DNA of 64,000 nucleotides from Thelocarpon superellum (Eukaryota): assembly GCA_026025795.1 (NCBI GenBank), contig JAPEUG010000005.1, positions 1 to 64,000 on the forward strand, given 5' to 3'. The position numbers and the translations under genes were made by a program. Numbering within the stretch: position 1 is the stretch's first letter; each line of letters begins with the position of its first letter. The notes below the pieces were generated by a model. That model was not told the DNA's origin. It saw only the letters and a list, made by a program, of their open reading frames with translations, and searched no databases. Shown here in pieces: positions 12,074 through 22,633 of the stretch.

Positions 12074-15002
12074 TCAGTTGGACGATTCAGTTGTACGTGA
12101 CCGACTCAAAACGACATTGGTGTATACGTGATTGCACATGGACACGTCCACTTGGAGAGCTGTCGTGCGATAGAATGTGCCCCCGGAGTCGAATGCGCTC
12201 AAGATTTCAGCCTGGTAGAATTGGACAACGGAGCCGGTTGGCAAGGCGACGTGGTCGGCCACATAAGAGGCTGATTGGTGCTGTTGGCCACATCGGCACA
12301 TACCAGCGCATGGCGGAAGTCGAAATCGCATGCGGCAAGATGTGCGAGGATGCCAGACCCGTTGGCAGGACAGGCGTACTTGTTGTCGGACTGCGTGCTG
12401 TTCTCTATCACCCAGCTGGTCGCAGTGCTCTTGATGGCGAACACATTGGACGGCGGTGCGATCGGGGTGTGGCCTTGGAAGATACACAAGGCCGCGATCT
12501 GCTCGCTGAATGTAGCTGAAGTGCCAAAAGTCTACGGGAGAGGTCGGGAATGGAGTCGGAGATTCCCAGGCGGGCGCCGTCACCGCACGCAATGATTGAG
12601 GCCCAGGCCTTGACGTTCCCGAACCGTCCCAGCGATTTGCCTTGTTCTGACGCGCGGAGTCTAGATCGCCGCTGCCTGGCCCGTAGCATATCACGTCACC
12701 GAGATGATCGGTCTCGGCGACGAGACCCAGGCCCTGTGGGATGGGATCAGGCAGCAAGGCAGCAAACGTGCGGCGTGACTGGCCGTGGTTGGCCTTTGGC
12801 GAGGCGAAATTTGAAAGTTCTGCGTGAATTGGGCATCGGCCGAGATCTGATTGACGGTGTAAATGACGGACTCCACGTCCTGGAAGGTTCGCGAGTTTCT
12901 GTCCAAGGTGGTGATCTGGAACTGCAGGCTCGCACCCGCTGGCAGGCTCACGTTGCTGAGGTGAGCAGAGTCGAGCCCGAAGCTTCCGACTTGCGCGTCG
13001 TAGGTCCCGTTCGGCAGGCAGATGTCGTCGTCGAAGCAGATGGCATTGCTGGCATGTAGCCAGCGCGCAAAGGGGGTCGGGGGCGGGGCAGCATCGCTCT
13101 GCACCTGTCCATCGATCGACGCGTTCCCCAGCCCGTGCAGGCTCGCCGAGCCATTACCCTCGTCGACGCCCTCGACGGGCACGGCATGACCGTTGATGTT
13201 CAAGGCAGCCGTGATGTTGCATGCACGCAATCGCCACGGGGCCCCAATCTGCGTCCGATTGCTCGCGACCCACTGTTGAATAAACTTGTCGGTGATCAAC
13301 TTGCAGTCTCCACCAGGCTTTGGGATCATGCGATTGTAGACCTGGTCGGCGGTCTGGTTGAGGACTGGGAGCACGACCTGCTGCTTGTGGAGAGCAGACT
13401 TGGGAATCTTGCACTGATCGGCGTACAGCACCTCGCGGCTCCCGTCCCGGTAGCATTGCAAGGGGTGGTCGCGGTGGATGGTAGCAACCTGGTCGTCTCC
13501 GTCGTGCGGATTTCCCGGTTTCGCCACCTAGAATTTTTCGACGATGTCTCGAGTGGACATGGAGTAGCCTTGATTAAACCGAATCATGAAGACGACGGGG
13601 TCAAACTTATCCCATCCAAAGGTCGTCTCCAGCACGCCCGGGCCGTAGGGCACGGCACAGTCAGCATTGCCGGGCTGCCGTTGCACGCCTTGGCGACATT
13701 TCTTGTTCCCGGTATATTGTGCATGCCCAAACATGGCATATTGGAAAATCTCCCTGGTGTTGTGGATCGATGGCAATTCATCCTTGACCTGCGACATGAA
13801 CCTCGGCACGATGACGAACAGCAGCGACAACACGCCGAGGATGACGCCGAGGATGGCGCCGACCGGGTTGAACAGAATGGGTAACGCCACGAGGCCCAGG
13901 GTGAGATTGACGACGCCCAGGGCGTCCTTGGCGGGTTTGCCGCGCTTGAAGTCGAGATAGATGAACCATGGTTGAAGCAGAGTGGCGGCCACCGCCCCAA
14001 TGGCGCCAGCGGCGACAGCATATGGTCGGATGGCGATTACGACGTCGCGAAGCACTTTGTTCACCCTCAAAAGGCCATGTCCAGCACCTCGCCTGGCGGA
14101 GGCGTGTTTGGCTCCGGGCTGACGTCGGCACCGCCACAGCTTACACCCAGCTGGCGTCGACATGTTGAGAGCAGTGCAGTCTTTCCGCCGGCGCCGAACG
14201 GGTCCACGGTGGTGAGCTTTGGCAAGGAATTTCCAGCCGCGGCGCCTCCCCATGGCAGGCCCGGGTATTTCTGGTCCGAGCCCAAGAGGGCAAACACTCT
14301 CTGGGTGCCCGGTCGCGGGGGAACGGTTTAGATATCTTTGAGCCGTTGATCACCTTGACGAAGGTTGTGGAGGTTGCTGCCTCCGTCCGGAAAGCCCAGA
14401 CGGAGGGTGACGGGGGATGTGGCCCGGACACGTGGCTCCCAGAACGTGCGCGAATCGGTCCCGGCGGCGGCAAAACGTAGCATGGTGGCGGGTGGATTGG
14501 TCAGGTCTGGCTTCGGACGCTCCAGCAGCTTCTGGATGAAATTGTTGCCATCCGTAGTGCTTGCTTGGAACCAGGCCCCGCCCCATACTTCTTCGGCCAG
14601 GCCAGCTCCACTGCTGTAAGGATTGGCAAAGTATTGTCCTCCTCCATATCGCCAAGCGCGCTGATGCGGACGAGGGAACCGACGTTGGTGTCAGGCAACC
14701 ACAAGCAATTGGTCACGCCTGGCGGCCCGCTCTGGACGAGAAGGCTCCATCCTTCGGCAGGATGGTTGCATAGCCCGATCAGCCGATACTTTTGCCACTC
14801 AACCCCCGGCAGGTAAAAGTAGGCATCTTGTGGGTGGAGAGTTAGCGCCAATACTCTCCTCGTCTGCGACTTACCAACGGCTTCGATCAAAGAGGCCGTG
14901 CGACGTCCTCAGGTGTCGAGGATCGGAGGAGGATCTGTCCCTTCGGCGAGGGATGGCCCTGTTACGGTGAAAAGGGAGAGAACCCAGATGAGTGGGCGCC
15001 AT
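12074..15002 (-). pseudogene. Decayed gene for a large uncharacterised secreted/membrane protein
   Basis: Chain of collinear minus-strand ORF pieces with protein-like composition. The ATG at 15002 is followed, after one extra base, by a signal-peptide-like RPLIWVLSLFTVTGPSLA. In-frame TGA at 14911-14909, a canonical 48-nt intron 14874-14827, several frameshifts between 14550 and 14060, hydrophobic helices at ~13800-14020, an in-frame TAG at 13530-13528 between two same-frame ORFs, and further frameshifts at 12400-12800. The 3' boundary is approximate. Confidence 0.7.
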
Positions 15003-16336
15003 CGCGGTAGAGGAGATCGGAGAAGAAGCGAGCACAGCTGCCGCGCCGATCAGGGCGAGGATCGGATCGCTCCTTATCTTCGCTCGGTCCTGTGCAGAGC
15101 GAATCCCACGGGGACAGGACAGAAATGCTATCGTCTGATGACTGCGACACTGGTGAGAGTTGCCAGGGCGGGATAGAGATCTCCTATGAAAGCACCGCGG
15201 CGCTTTGAGATTCGTTTGCTGTTCGTAAGCCGCAACGTGTATCGTGATACATGCACCCTGGAGCGGTCAATGGCATCCTGCCAGCAATGTCGAACATCGA
15301 GCAGGACGGGTAGGTCCTGACCAGAGTCAGAGGGATGCGTGATGACCCACCCCGCGCTCAAAGTTGTGCAGACCTTATAGATAGCCTTTGTGCATGCGGT
15401 AAAGGATGTCTGAGCGCCAGGCCGTCTACGTGATCAAGCCTGGAGGATGTTATGCCAGCGAGCCCCTGCATGTGCACGATGGCGTAGATGGATACGTGTC
15501 CCAGTCTCTTTAGCGAATGCAATCTGGCTCGAGATGGCGGCGGCTTCAGCCCAGGCCACGATTAGCAGGGAGTAATGTTAGTAGAGCCTCGTTCTCACAT
15601 CGCACCTTGAGAGCGGACTGCACACCTCCGGCGACCGACGTTGAAGCGTGGCAAGAGCAAGCGGCAAGCAGGAAGCATCGTAGCGGGTGCCGATGGCGAA
15701 GAATCACGTGTGCTGCTCAAGCGAGACAGGCATGTTGATGGACGGTCTGATCAGCGGCTGGGCTACGGGGTAACTAACGAGCAGGAAATGCTGCGTGAAG
15801 GGTTCCTACAGTAGCCGCAACAGCAGTCAATGCGCTTCGATCAGTCGCGAACAAAGATCAAGGCCGGAGTTTCATGACGGTCTCCGGTCTCCGGTCTCCG
15901 GCATTGGACTGTGAGACATAGAGCGCTCCTCGTCCTCGCACAACTCCACTGGACTTCGACCGGCAGCTTCGGTCATCGGGGGTGACAGGAGAGAGTGCGG
16001 GTGTATCAAGTGTAGTGAGAGTTAGATCATCTGGTGTCCCGGCATGATTTACACCACAAGTTTTACAAGTTCCGCACGATGAGTAGATTCCATGCTCCTG
16101 ATCACGGATGCCGAAATCAATAACGACCACGATTTACATTGCCGAAAGATCAGTGACATGTACACCGGGGCTCGACTCCAAACACGCCTGCGACATCAAG
16201 CACCGTCGAGAGCTCGATCAACATTATATGCACCTGCCGCCGGGACTCGGGACCCAGGTCGACCTCCATCGCGTCGAGGCGGCAGCGAAAAGGACGAAAA
16301 GAGACGCCGCGAGGAAGCACGCGGACCTGCGAGCGA

Positions 16337-18316
16337 TCACGGGAGACTGAGGTACAGATCCAGCAGCTTGGGATAGTTGGGTGTGCCCAGTCCTGTGACA
16401 GGGTCCCATCCCTGGACGGCGGTGAAGCCGGCGGTGCCGCAGCCCTGGTTGCCGCCCGAGGTGATGTCGAACATCACGCCGGGATTCTGGTAGAGGGTGG
16501 GGTTGATGAAGCCGACCGTGCTCTTGTCCTTGTTCAAGCGAGCCTCGTTGATCAGGGTGATGACGGAGCCAAAGGTCGGGGACGAGGCCGAGGTGCCGTA
16601 GACGAGGGAGAAGTTGCCCTCGATGGCGACGGCGTAGTTGGCCCCGTTGGCCGCCACGTCGGGGTAGGCGCGCACGGTGCCGGAGTTGTTGAAGACGTCG
16701 GAGCCGTAGGCGGGCGGCGAAGTGCGGAACCAGCTCTCGACGGCGGCGCTCTGATAGGAGGGCATGGGGAAGACGTTGCTGAAGCCGCCGCCCGAGTAGA
16801 TGACCTTCTCACACGCCGTCTCGGGCGCGGTGACGGCGTTGCCCGGGGCGACCTGGGTCGCGCCGACGGCGGTGACGTAGGGGCAGGTGGGCGGGAAGGA
16901 GGGATTGAACATGCCGCTGCCGCCCGAGTTGAACTGCCGCGTGTTGGCGTCGATGCACTGCCCGCCGTTGCCCGCGACGCCGTAGTCGCCCGAGGAGAAG
17001 AGGAAGGTGACCCCCTGGAGGCCGAGCTTCATGTACTCGTTGCACTGTCGCTGCTCGTAGGCCGCCGTGAGATCGGCCTCGTTGTACCCATACGACGTCG
17101 AGATGACCTTGGTGGCGGCGAAGCCGCCGCAGTTGTTCGGGCCCTTGTAGCCGCCCGTGGCGGAGTCGGGGTAGGAGACGTCCTGGCTCGAGTCGTCCCC
17201 GCCCTCGTAGGTGCAGTAGGCGCCGTCGATGGCGTCGAGGAAGTTGTTGAACGAGGCCGAGGCGATGGGGTCGCCCGTCTGGAACACGGTCACGTTGACG
17301 GGGTAGACGAGCGACATGGCGTACTCGAGATCCAGGTTCGACTCGCCGTTGTACTGGAAGCCCGTCTGGCTGGTCTGCGCCACGCCGCCGTCTATGGAGT
17401 CCAAGATGGGCGGCTTGCCCACCAGCGCCTTGGAGAAGTTGGCGAAGAAGAGGTCGAGATCGGGCTGGCGGTAAGCCTGGGGCGAGTACTCGACGATGCC
17501 ATACGAGTTCCGCGGGTTGGCCGACGTGCCGTTGGGCAGCTGGTACAGCGCGCGCAGGCAGGCCGGGGTGATCTGGGAGTCGCAATTGGCCAGCTGGTCT
17601 TCGCGGCTCGCGGCGAGGGCGATGTGGGACGCGCCCTGCTTGGGCAGCGAGCCCGACGTCGGCGCGCCAATGTGCGCCGCCTTGCCCGGCTGCACCTTGA
17701 CCCGCAGCGCCGACTTCAGCACGCCCGCACGCTTCTCGAGCTCGTCGTCGCGCCCGGGGTCGGGCCGCGAGGGCAGCACCTTGGCATCAAAGTGCACCGT
17801 GGGCGTGATGAAGTCGACGTGCTGGCTCACGTGGGCGGGCACGCTGTAGGATTCGCAGGCCACGTGCGGCGTCCCGTCCTCGTGCTGGTAGACGTGGTAC
17901 TCGGCCTGCAGCAAGCGTTCGGCCTCCTCCACCGTCGCGTTCAGCTGCAGCCAGTTCAGGCTTTGGGAGAGGGCGAGGCGGTCGGCGGCGATGCCGGCGT
18001 CGACCAGCCAGGTCTTGACCGCCGCCGCCGTCTCTGGGGCCGGGGCGAAGGTCTCGGCGATCTTCCTGGCCGACCAATGCTTGCCAAAATTGGGCGAGGT
18101 GGGGTCGGCGACGTCCATGAGGAAGTCGGCGCCGCGGTGGAGGTTCTGCTGGGTCAGGGCAATGCGCAGGGGCAGCACGGCCTCGGCGTTGAGCCGGGCG
18201 GCACGGCGCCAGTTGGCGGGCGCTGCCTCACGCTTCTCATGCACGACATGGTGGGAGACGGGGGAGGCGAGCACCGAGGCGACGAGGAGCCCAAGGGCGA
18301 GGAGGGACGACCGCAT
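16337..18316 (-). CDS. Secreted sedolisin-family (S53) tripeptidyl-peptidase, 659 aa, intronless
   Basis: Signal peptide MRSSLLALGLLVASVLA, propeptide (HVVHEKR..PTSPNFGKHWS), catalytic ESNLD, oxyanion SSGD, GTSASSP serine and Ca-binding GWDPVTGLGTP. Confidence 0.96.
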   Translation of the reverse strand: MRSSLLALGLLVASVLASPVSHHVVHEKREAAPANWRRAARLNAEAVLPLRIALTQQNLHRGADFLMDVADPTSPNFGKHWSARKIAETFAPAPETAAAVKTWLVDAGIAADRLALSQSLNWLQLNATVEEAERLLQAEYHVYQHEDGTPHVACESYSVPAHVSQHVDFITPTVHFDAKVLPSRPDPGRDDELEKRAGVLKSALRVKVQPGKAAHIGAPTSGSLPKQGASHIALAASREDQLANCDSQITPACLRALYQLPNGTSANPRNSYGIVEYSPQAYRQPDLDLFFANFSKALVGKPPILDSIDGGVAQTSQTGFQYNGESNLDLEYAMSLVYPVNVTVFQTGDPIASASFNNFLDAIDGAYCTYEGGDDSSQDVSYPDSATGGYKGPNNCGGFAATKVISTSYGYNEADLTAAYEQRQCNEYMKLGLQGVTFLFSSGDYGVAGNGGQCIDANTRQFNSGGSGMFNPSFPPTCPYVTAVGATQVAPGNAVTAPETACEKVIYSGGGFSNVFPMPSYQSAAVESWFRTSPPAYGSDVFNNSGTVRAYPDVAANGANYAVAIEGNFSLVYGTSASSPTFGSVITLINEARLNKDKSTVGFINPTLYQNPGVMFDITSGGNQGCGTAGFTAVQGWDPVTGLGTPNYPKLLDLYLSLP

Positions 18317-18757
18317 CGTGAGTGACGGGCAAGGGATGAGGCAGACGGCGGCATGCCAGGGCCCTCGACCCAGCGCCGGCGCCGTCACACATTAAGTACA
18401 TGACGCCGTCGGCGCTCGTGCGCGCCATCCAGGTCGGGCAAAAGGGCAGAGAGGTGACAGGCTGATTCAACAGGAAGGTGACGTGGCTGGGTTGATGACC
18501 GCCGGCCCCAGATGGAAGTGGAGCTCCGTCTGAGCGCCTGGACGGGCACGCGGCGCCGCGGGTGACATGCTGATGGTCGTGGATTCAGCCATCACCTCAT
18601 GACTTGGCGCCGTGATGAACGGTGCAGCGGCCTGCAAGGGGCAAGAGGGTCGACAGATGGGATGGATCAAGCATGTCAGTCGGTCGGCACCATCGGCCTG
18701 TCGATGCCGGACGGAGCAGGTCTGGCAGGGCTCACGGCGGATCGCGGGTGGCACGCC

Positions 18758-18860
18758 CGGGCTGGGGTTGGGGCCTGGGCCTGGGCTTGGGCCGGGGCGT
18801 GGGGCGTGGGCATCATGTGCCCCCGATCTCCGGCACGATCTCCGGCACGATCTCCGGCAT
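18758..18860 (+). repeat. G-run array (G-quadruplex potential) followed by a 3 x 12-bp tandem repeat GATCTCCGGCAC
   Basis: At least eight G3-4 runs at 18758-18810; 12-mer units at 18825-18860 (third unit ends in T). Confidence 0.7.
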
Positions 18861-20099
18861 CTGCTTCAGCGCTGGCGAGGGCCAGGCCGGGCCGCAGGCG
18901 CGGGCTGCTTGCACCCATCGAGCCTTTCCCTTAGGCAGGCGCCGAGGGTAGTATCTCCATGGGACCTGCGAATCTGTCTCGGCCCGGGCAGATCCGAGTC
19001 GGTGCGCAGACCTTGACGAGGACGAGCGAGGTATTTGACGAGGGTGATGGTGGGGGTGGGGGGCGCCGGGATCTGGTCGTGGCGTTGGTTGGCCTCGCTT
19101 TGGTCACGGCCGTGGTGGGGCTGCCGAGCGGTCGAGCGGTCGAGCGTTCGAACCGTGTTCGGTCGCGTCGGTCGCGTTGGTCGGTGCTCCGGCGACAGGA
19201 TCCGTGGTAACGAGGGTCGAGGGACGAGGTTGAGCCGAGCCGAGTTGGTCTCGGCTGGAGCAGGCGCATTGCGCGGCGTGTGGGCGCGTGCAGTTACCGA
19301 CGCGAGTCGGTGTCTAAACCTGGAGGGGTAGGGTGAGTTCTTGTCACTTGCCTGTCACAGCTCATCGCCGTGCTCCATTCGGCCGTCGCCCTCGGCCAGC
19401 GGTCCGCCACCGGCACCGCGGACCCACCCCCTGTGATGCACTCTCGGTGTCTAGCTCATCTCACTCCTTCCCTCGTCGCGGGACCACGGTTCCTGGGACG
19501 AGGGCGCCCATCACTTGGTGCATTGATGCATGCAGCGTTGGTTGCGTCCTGCACGTAGTCTCGTAGCTCGCGTGCGGCCGCGTTGTTGTCACTCTCCTCC
19601 CGCTTGATCGAAGCTATCAATAGTGCAGCCCCTTTGGAGCCCGATCTCATGGCTTCAGATCGTCATCGAAGTCGCTGTCTCATGCCTGCCCCGGACACGT
19701 GATCGCCTATAGACTCAGCCACGCCCTGGCCAGGTGCTACAGCGATCTCGATCACACCAAACTTCCTGCAGTGGGCCCATGCACGCCCCGCCACACCACG
19801 CCCTACTCCCGGCAGCCCATGATTACGTCGGGCCAAAGTCGCGGTGCGAGGGGGTAAGTGGTGGCGGTGGCGGTGGATGGTGAGACATGGACGTCACCCG
19901 GCACCTCGGCCGGGAGATGCAGAGCCCCCGCGATGCTCGGTGCACTTTGGGTATCTGTAAAAAGATGCAGTCATGACATCCGCCCCCTTCCCCCGTGCCC
20001 CTTGCGCCTCGCGGGCCTCTGCCGCCGCTGCCGGGGACCGTGGCACGGATGCCGCGCGTCGTGCCGGCGTGAGGATCCACCTCGATGACGCCGCAAGCC

Positions 20100-21500
20100 C
20101 TACCGCTCCGCCTCCGCGCCACGCTCGGCCACGACCCCCTTGGCAGGGTCCTCTTTCGGAGTGCTCTCCAGCGGTTCCTCGTTCACCTCGCCACGACCCG
20201 AATTGCGCCGGCTCAGACGTCCGGGTAGGGTGGCAAAGGGCGTGGGGGGGCCCGGCTCGCGCGGACTCGCCAAGGGGCTGCCGGCGCCGCCGATGCTGCC
20301 GGTGATACTGTCGTTGCGCCCGTGTCCTAGCAGGCCACTCTTGACACTGCCACCGTCGACGGTCCAGCCCGCGCCCTGCTTGCCGGCGTAGTAGCTGTTG
20401 CGCTCGCTGGTCAGCGCGGGCGCGATGCCCGAGGAGGAGTAAACGCTGGCACGCTCGGGGTTGGTCATGCCACCGAGACTCGGCCGTGCCTGATGCACGG
20501 TGGCGGCGGTGGCGTTGGGCGGCTCACTGACGTTGCCGCTCAGCACGCTCAGGGGCAGGCTCTCGCGACTGCCGCCCCAGAGCGACGAGGGCGCGAGGGC
20601 GCGGACCGAGGCGTCGGTGTCCATGGACCGCCGACGTCGTCGCTTCGACGAGGATGCCAGCGTAAGAATGGAGGCATTGTCGGACAACAGGTTGTTGGCC
20701 GTCGCCGCGACGTAGGTCGTTGGGTTGCCCCCGGCCGGCTGGGGCGCCAGGTGAGACGGTAAGGCGGAGGCCGGGGGGGAGGAGGGGAACTGGTGGGTAA
20801 AGTGGGCGCCTTGCTGGTTTTGCGCGTCGACCGGCTGCAGGCTCGGATGGTGGTGGTGGTGATGATGAGGAGGGCCGTTAGCAGTGTGAGGGAGAGCCGG
20901 CACCTGTGATGCGGTCGTGGCGCTGGCGCCGCCTGGCATCATGGCCGAGGGCGCGGTGGACTGAATGGTAGTCAGCGTCGTGGTCAGCGAGCGCAGCGAC
21001 GGGGCTGGAGACGAGAAGGTGCTCCCGCCGCCGCCGCCATGCGAGCTCATGGCACCGCCGACGGTGATGTTGGCCGACGAGGGCGCGACGGCGGACTGGG
21101 CTGCGTCGGAGTGACTGGTACCGGCATCCGTGGCCAGGGTGGCTGCGGCGGAGGCCGCGCCCGCCGTCGCGTGTCGCACGTCGTCCACGGACGACCGGCC
21201 GGAGGGCCGACTGTGACTGATGGAAGATTCGCTGCCCGTCCCTTGCGATGACGGCGTGGGGAAGAAGAGGTGACCATTGCCGCCACCAGCCTGATGAGGG
21301 TTGAGGAAGCCCGATTCGGGGTAGGGATTGTTCTTCTTGCTCAGGACCGAAGACGTGGTCTTGGATGCGCCTGGGGCTGTGTGACGCTTGGTCAGGCTGA
21401 TGCCGTTGTTGCTGGGCCCCGATGAGGAGTTCTTGAGATTCGCCAGCCGCTTCATCCAGGCCGAGAAGGGTCGGCGTCGCGAATGGTGCCGATCTGTCAT
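20100..21500 (-). CDS. Uncharacterised fungal Ser/Ala/Gly-rich protein (start uncertain; an upstream in-frame ATG exists near 21593)
   Basis: Long ORF with coding-like bias and conserved-looking blocks (RRRPFSAWMKRLANLK; STFSSPAPSLRSLTTTLTTIQS; ATANNLLSDNASILTLASSSKRRRRRSMDTDASVRALAPSSLWGGSRESLPLSVLS). Confidence 0.8.
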   Translation of the reverse strand: MTDRHHSRRRPFSAWMKRLANLKNSSSGPSNNGISLTKRHTAPGASKTTSSVLSKKNNPYPESGFLNPHQAGGGNGHLFFPTPSSQGTGSESSISHSRPSGRSSVDDVRHATAGAASAAATLATDAGTSHSDAAQSAVAPSSANITVGGAMSSHGGGGGSTFSSPAPSLRSLTTTLTTIQSTAPSAMMPGGASATTASQVPALPHTANGPPHHHHHHHPSLQPVDAQNQQGAHFTHQFPSSPPASALPSHLAPQPAGGNPTTYVAATANNLLSDNASILTLASSSKRRRRRSMDTDASVRALAPSSLWGGSRESLPLSVLSGNVSEPPNATAATVHQARPSLGGMTNPERASVYSSSGIAPALTSERNSYYAGKQGAGWTVDGGSVKSGLLGHGRNDSITGSIGGAGSPLASPREPGPPTPFATLPGRLSRRNSGRGEVNEEPLESTPKEDPAKGVVAERGAEAER

Positions 21501-22244
21501 CTCGTCAGTGGTGGGGAAGGGAAGAGGGGTGAACGACGGGGACGAAGTGCTCCACTCACCGTGCACACGCGATGAGACCTCGGTCGTCGCCATGATGTCT
21601 CCGCCACGGACGAGTCGTCCGTCGTTGGCCGCGTCGCTGGGGTCAGCGAGGAGGATGCCGTAGACCAAACCAAGGTCGGAGGAGAGCGGGGCCACGTCCC
21701 AATCGATAGCAGAAGCACGTAAAGGGTCGCAGGTGGAAAGAGCCGTGCCCTATCAAATACGAAAAGAGCCAGCGATCGTCAGCCCAGAAGAAGAGGCCGG
21801 GCAACTTGGGCGCTGGTCTGGGACCCGATGGTACCAACGGCTGCAAATGGAACAGGTGTGGGGACAGGTGACAACGAATGTCTGATTGCTGCAACTATGG
21901 TTGTTCGGGCGTAAAGGTCAGGGAGGAGCCAGTTGCTCAGGGAGTGTCCCTGCTGTGCTTCGTACTTGCACGAGTACCAGGATGCGTGTGTGGGTACGGC
22001 GGTCGTCTGAGCTCTGTGCGACCGGCCACCAGGCAAGCGATGACGGGCTGACGGACAGACGGGCGGGACCGACGGCGACGCAACCGGACCGAGCCCTCGA
22101 CGGACCAATAACCGACAGCGACCAACAGCAGCCAACGACCAGCGACCCGCGACCAGCGGTCAGCCGGGCGGGACCGAAACAGCACGTTGCTATCTCTCGT
22201 CTCCCCTAGACTGCACTTTGAGCTTGTAGGGCCCTGAATCGGAA

Positions 22245-22274
22245 GATTGGCTGTACGAGGATTGGCTGTACGAG
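22245..22274. promoter_or_regulatory. Perfect 15-bp tandem duplication GATTGGCTGTACGAG containing two CCAAT boxes (ATTGG)
   Basis: Direct repeat at 22245-22259 and 22260-22274 in the divergent promoter between the 20.1-21.5 kb gene and MLH3. Confidence 0.5.
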
Positions 22275-22633
22275 TAGTGATATGTTATGGTATGAGTACC
22301 CTAGAAGCTGAGACGTGCCTTCGCAAGGACCGGATCGGTAGTCCGCCGACCGAGTGTCGCGAGTACCTGGGCGAGTCTGCTAACATTCCTTTCTCGCGCT
22401 CCTACATGTAATTGGAGCTGGCAAGAGACAGAAGGTGAAAAGCTGCTTCCGTTCCGCACCCAGTCTTCGATGCTCCTTACCCACGACCTCCACTACTTCC
22501 GGTTGGAAAGGCACAGTCTTTGGGCCGTACATATGTTGGATCCTCTCTTCGTCTGGGATACGTTGGAGCGTGCCACTTGGCAGCCTCCATGAGGGGCTCA
22601 TCACCCCTCCGTCCCCCACCGTTCCCGCCCTCA

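Noticed and set aside
13528..13530. In-frame TAG as possible stop-codon readthrough or recoding
   Set aside because: Surrounded by multiple frameshifts and another stop, so pseudogenisation is simpler; TAG is a normal stop in neighbouring genes.
16005..16016. ATCAAGTGTAGT, matching the U2 snRNA branch-recognition region
   Set aside because: Only 12 nt match; the U2 5' stem and downstream ATCTGTTCTT are absent.
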